Source of the DNA: Utricularia gibba
Lineage: Eukaryota; Plantae; Magnoliophyta
Length of the DNA stretch: 64,000 bases
Assembly: GCA_002189035.1 (NCBI GenBank)
Contig: NEEC01000002.1
Coordinates: forward strand, 5,332,001 to 5,396,000
Direction of reading: 5' to 3'
The position numbers and the translations under genes were made by a program. Below the pieces are notes generated by a model, which was not told the DNA's origin, searched no databases, and saw only the letters and a program-made list of their open reading frames with translations. This document shows positions 60,780 through 64,000 of this stretch, piece after piece (positions within the stretch are counted from its first letter, which is position 1; every line of letters begins with the position of its first letter).

Positions 60780-62143
60780 GGGGGTTCATGCTGTGGGTAG
60801 GATCCTAGCAGCTGATTAAAACGCTCTCAATATTCATGCAAAGATTCACATTTGACTGCTCAATGTCACTGATTTCCTTCCTTATTACTTCAGCTTTTGA
60901 AGCAGGGAAATATTTACTCAAGAATATCTTCTTCATACCACTCCAATTTGTGATGCTCCTAGACTTCAAAGAGTTGAACCATGTTTTTGCACTTCACTCC
61001 AATGTAAATTGGAATGCCCTCAAACAGATGGCATCTTCAGTTATCCCAGCACTCTTTAAAGAGGTGCAAACAACAGTGACATTATCAAGATGCTCATGTG
61101 GGTTTTCACCCACTTTCCCATAATACTTGGGCAGAAAATAATCATTGCTGGCTTTAATTCGTTGGTTGTGTCATCAGAAAACCTATTACATAGCCCTCTG
61201 TACATATGGTCAGCTGCATCAAGTTCATTCAGGGTCTTCTCCTATTCTACCATGATAAAATTAGCTTGAGTTACCACATATAGTCTACTCAACCTTGCTA
61301 CTTCTCTCACTCTTATGCGGTTCTTGCTGATAGCTTTCTCGATTTCTGGGCAGAAAAAAAGATCACCTGTACCAAAAGAACGCAAATGCATCAACCGAAT
61401 CACAAAACAATTAAACACTGCTCCCCGGCAATGGTGCCAATTTGATAAATGAAAAATTTGTGCAAAGTCATTAATTACAATTTTTCCTATCAAATAAATT
61501 TATAACCTAGCATACATTCAAGCATAATACAATTATAAGCATAGTGATTAGGGTCAAACATGAATAGCAGGTACTTGTCATGTGAAAGTCATTGCATTAA
61601 ACCAGTGTCACATTGGTAAATTTGGTCTTAAGTAGGACTAAGGATGGAATGCAGTAAAGAAAAGTAACAAGCTTGGGGCTCGGTGGTTTCTAATATGAAA
61701 TGGATGATGTCTTAGGACTCTTTGAGGATGTATGCTTATCACTAAACAAGCTCACACAAACCATAAATCATACAACTAACTCACAAGGTCTAGGTCTACC
61801 CGGACTCTTGTTTTCTCCCTAATCTTTGGTCTACCTCTAATTAGGGTTGTTAAGCTAGGTTTCATTATTTCCTCCTCTTGAATCTATCCTGGTTTGTTAA
61901 GGAAGTGGCGTGACTTATGGCTGACAAGGTCTAAAAATTGATTAGCACGTTTTTTCCCCTTTCACCCCAAAGCACCTCTAAGTCAAAATGTACTAAAACA
62001 ATAAAAAAATATGTACAAATAACAAAAATAAAATTTATATAATAAAATAAAATACTTATCAATATAAATTTTAATTTGAACGATTTAATCTTAAATTAAC
62101 ACATGATATTATATAATAAATAAGTAGAAAATGACACTTAACA
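60780..62143 (-). mobile_element. Truncated Athila-like element: 5' LTR (61443-62143), PBS, gag fragment
   Basis: LTR TGTTAAGTGTCATTTTCT...TTTATCA, then PBS TTGGCACCATTGCCGGGGA (~61422-61442). gag FCPEIEKA...PKYYGKVGENPHEHL...LRAFQFTL...SITNWSGMKKIFLSKYFPASK...ERFNQLL. Confidence 0.85.
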
Positions 62144-62149
62144 CCCTAA

Positions 62150-62904
62150 CTTGTAGACAGCTACTGTAGTCATTATCGTTTCTTTTATGCTGCACATCTT
62201 CTAAGTAACCCCTTGCATGAAATCCTTGTCTTCTCTTCTGATTTTTGGAACTTAATGCTGGACTCAAAAAGGATTAATAACATGGAATGTGCTAAATCAA
62301 AGGATTTAGCCCATTTGTACACATAATTCATATATTTCCTAAATTTTGAAGAAATATTTAAAATTATAAAATAAAAAACTAAAATATACTTATAGTTATA
62401 ATTTTAATATCATGAAATTAGAAAAATTCGTGTGTTATCAGCAATTCAAAGATATTCATCGTAAGCATCTGTGCGATACTTATATGCCATCATTTGCATT
62501 ATGGCAATACATTTTTGCATTATTGTTAAGGAAACATGACAAATTGCATCTGGTTTCTATTATAGATGTGGAATTGATTTGACAAGACTAGACATAATAT
62601 GCTTGAAAAAACTACGACACATTCTGAAACGTCGACAGAATATCTGATCATTGCATATGGCATTGATTGAGAAATAGTCGGTCACTAGGCAAGTGTTTCC
62701 AAACTTACGACTGAGATCAATGTATTCACATTTTCCTCTATTTCTTTGGGGTTGATTTGGCTCATCTTCAAATATATATTCAACGATAGCTTCAATTGCA
62801 TTAATAACTACACCACTATTATGATGCATAATAATTGCAAAATTCCATGGATTAAAATGCGCATTTTGAAAAGAAACATGCTCTTGATTATTGTGATAAT
62901 CCAT
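62150..62904 (-). pseudogene. Second PIF/Harbinger transposase remnant (internally deleted)
   Basis: RGKCEYIDLSRKFGNTCLVTDYFSINA...FCRRFRMCR...MQKCIAIMQMMAY...DAYDEYL, homologous to 48718-49638. Confidence 0.82.
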
Positions 62905-63279
62905 TGAATTGACAAACGAATTCTTTATATGATTGAGATGCGCTTAATGTAATAGATTGGTAGTTGTGAGATATGATTGTTAAGTTACCATGTTAGTTGT
63001 GAGATATTGTTACCGTAATAGATTGATGGTTGTGAAATATAATTAGTATGGTAAACTGATAGTTATACATTATGGTTGGTATGGAAGATTGGCAGTTGTG
63101 AAATGTGGTTATTGAGGTAGATTTAATAAATTAAATAATTTATTTAATGTGATATAATAAGCTAACCAACTTAAATTATCATATTAAACAAAATTAAAGT
63201 TATATAGTTCATAAAAGTTCAAACATTTCAAAATAAACAATACGAAAGATCAACAATTATTATTCAAATCCCTATGTGC

Positions 63280-64000
63280 TTTTTGAAAATTGGCTGAGGA
63301 AGTGAATTTGATTGAATATTCATACCAAATAATGCACAATTGCATGTCTCACTATATAGCATTTTTTGAAAGTCATTCATCTTCGACAAATTCTTTTCGA
63401 TCAGCAACTTCAACTCATTTGTAGAGTTCATTGCAATTTATATATTCTTTAGTATAATATGTTGATGGTATAGTGCACTGTTTTATACTTTCTATCCTAT
63501 ACTTATTTAATTTATCAGTTGTTATTTTACAACATCTTTTTTTCTCTTGAGAAATCCCAATAGAAGTACTACCTTGAAGTCATAGTTCCTTAGTATTCTT
63601 CTGTTCAATAAGACGTTGTATAGTTGGAATCTCTAAATTCACTTGTTTCATCACATTTTGAGCTATAATAGGTTGGATAAATGATGACTCATATGTGGTG
63701 CTAACTTTTTTTTTCTTCTTACTTCCATTGTCAACATCCTATTTTCATACAAAATAGTGAGTTAGTAAAAAAATACAATAACATGTAAATAGTAATAGAT
63801 TTTATTATCATCTATTTTGACTGATCTGACAATATTTTCCAAACTTCAAAGTATGTAAAATGTTTACAAAGTTCTTCCTTACATAACTTTAATATCATAT
63901 CAATCAAGTCGTAGTTATTGTAAACTTGGGATCATGTCATGAAATCTTATTATACATTCTAGAAAAAATTTGCATATTAGTACTTAAACCATTTCTTCCT
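63280..64000 (-). pseudogene. Second PIF/Harbinger Myb-like/NAM-associated gene remnant (runs off the right edge)
   Basis: NYDLIDMILKLCKEELCKHFTYFEVWKILSDQSK* and ELKLLIEKNLSKMNDFQKMLYSETCNCALFG, collinear with 51199-52060. Confidence 0.72.

Overview
Plant (angiosperm-like) nuclear DNA: AT-rich intergenic sequence, GT-AG introns, and no prokaryotic features, rRNA, tRNA or CRISPR arrays seen. There are six host genes: a single-exon glutaredoxin-domain gene (14382-15551), two tandem paralogues of the A_thal_3526/TIGR01589 family (17374-18968, 22447-24280), a PLS-E class PPR gene (24853-26964), the patatin-like TAG lipase SDP1 (27917-30666), and an 11-exon TPR + J-domain gene (53883-59128) carrying about five -1 frameshifts. 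The rest is mostly transposon-derived. It includes two unrelated decayed hAT transposases (1-2850) and a ~9.85-kb Mutator-like element with ~500-bp TIRs (3891-13743). It also includes a four-level nest (PIF/Harbinger > Tat LTR element > Athila > Athila and a solo LTR) at 32843-52060, and a second Harbinger plus an Athila fragment at the right end. The most unusual object is the MULE. Divergent from its transposase it carries a five-exon chimeric gene fusing a Gypsy/Tat-type Transposase_28 domain to a plant FCP1/NIF HAD-phosphatase-like domain, and it is studded with a recurring palindrome (TCACYGYAAT-N6-ATTRYRGTGA). All domain calls come from manual translation and remembered family motifs; no database search was run.
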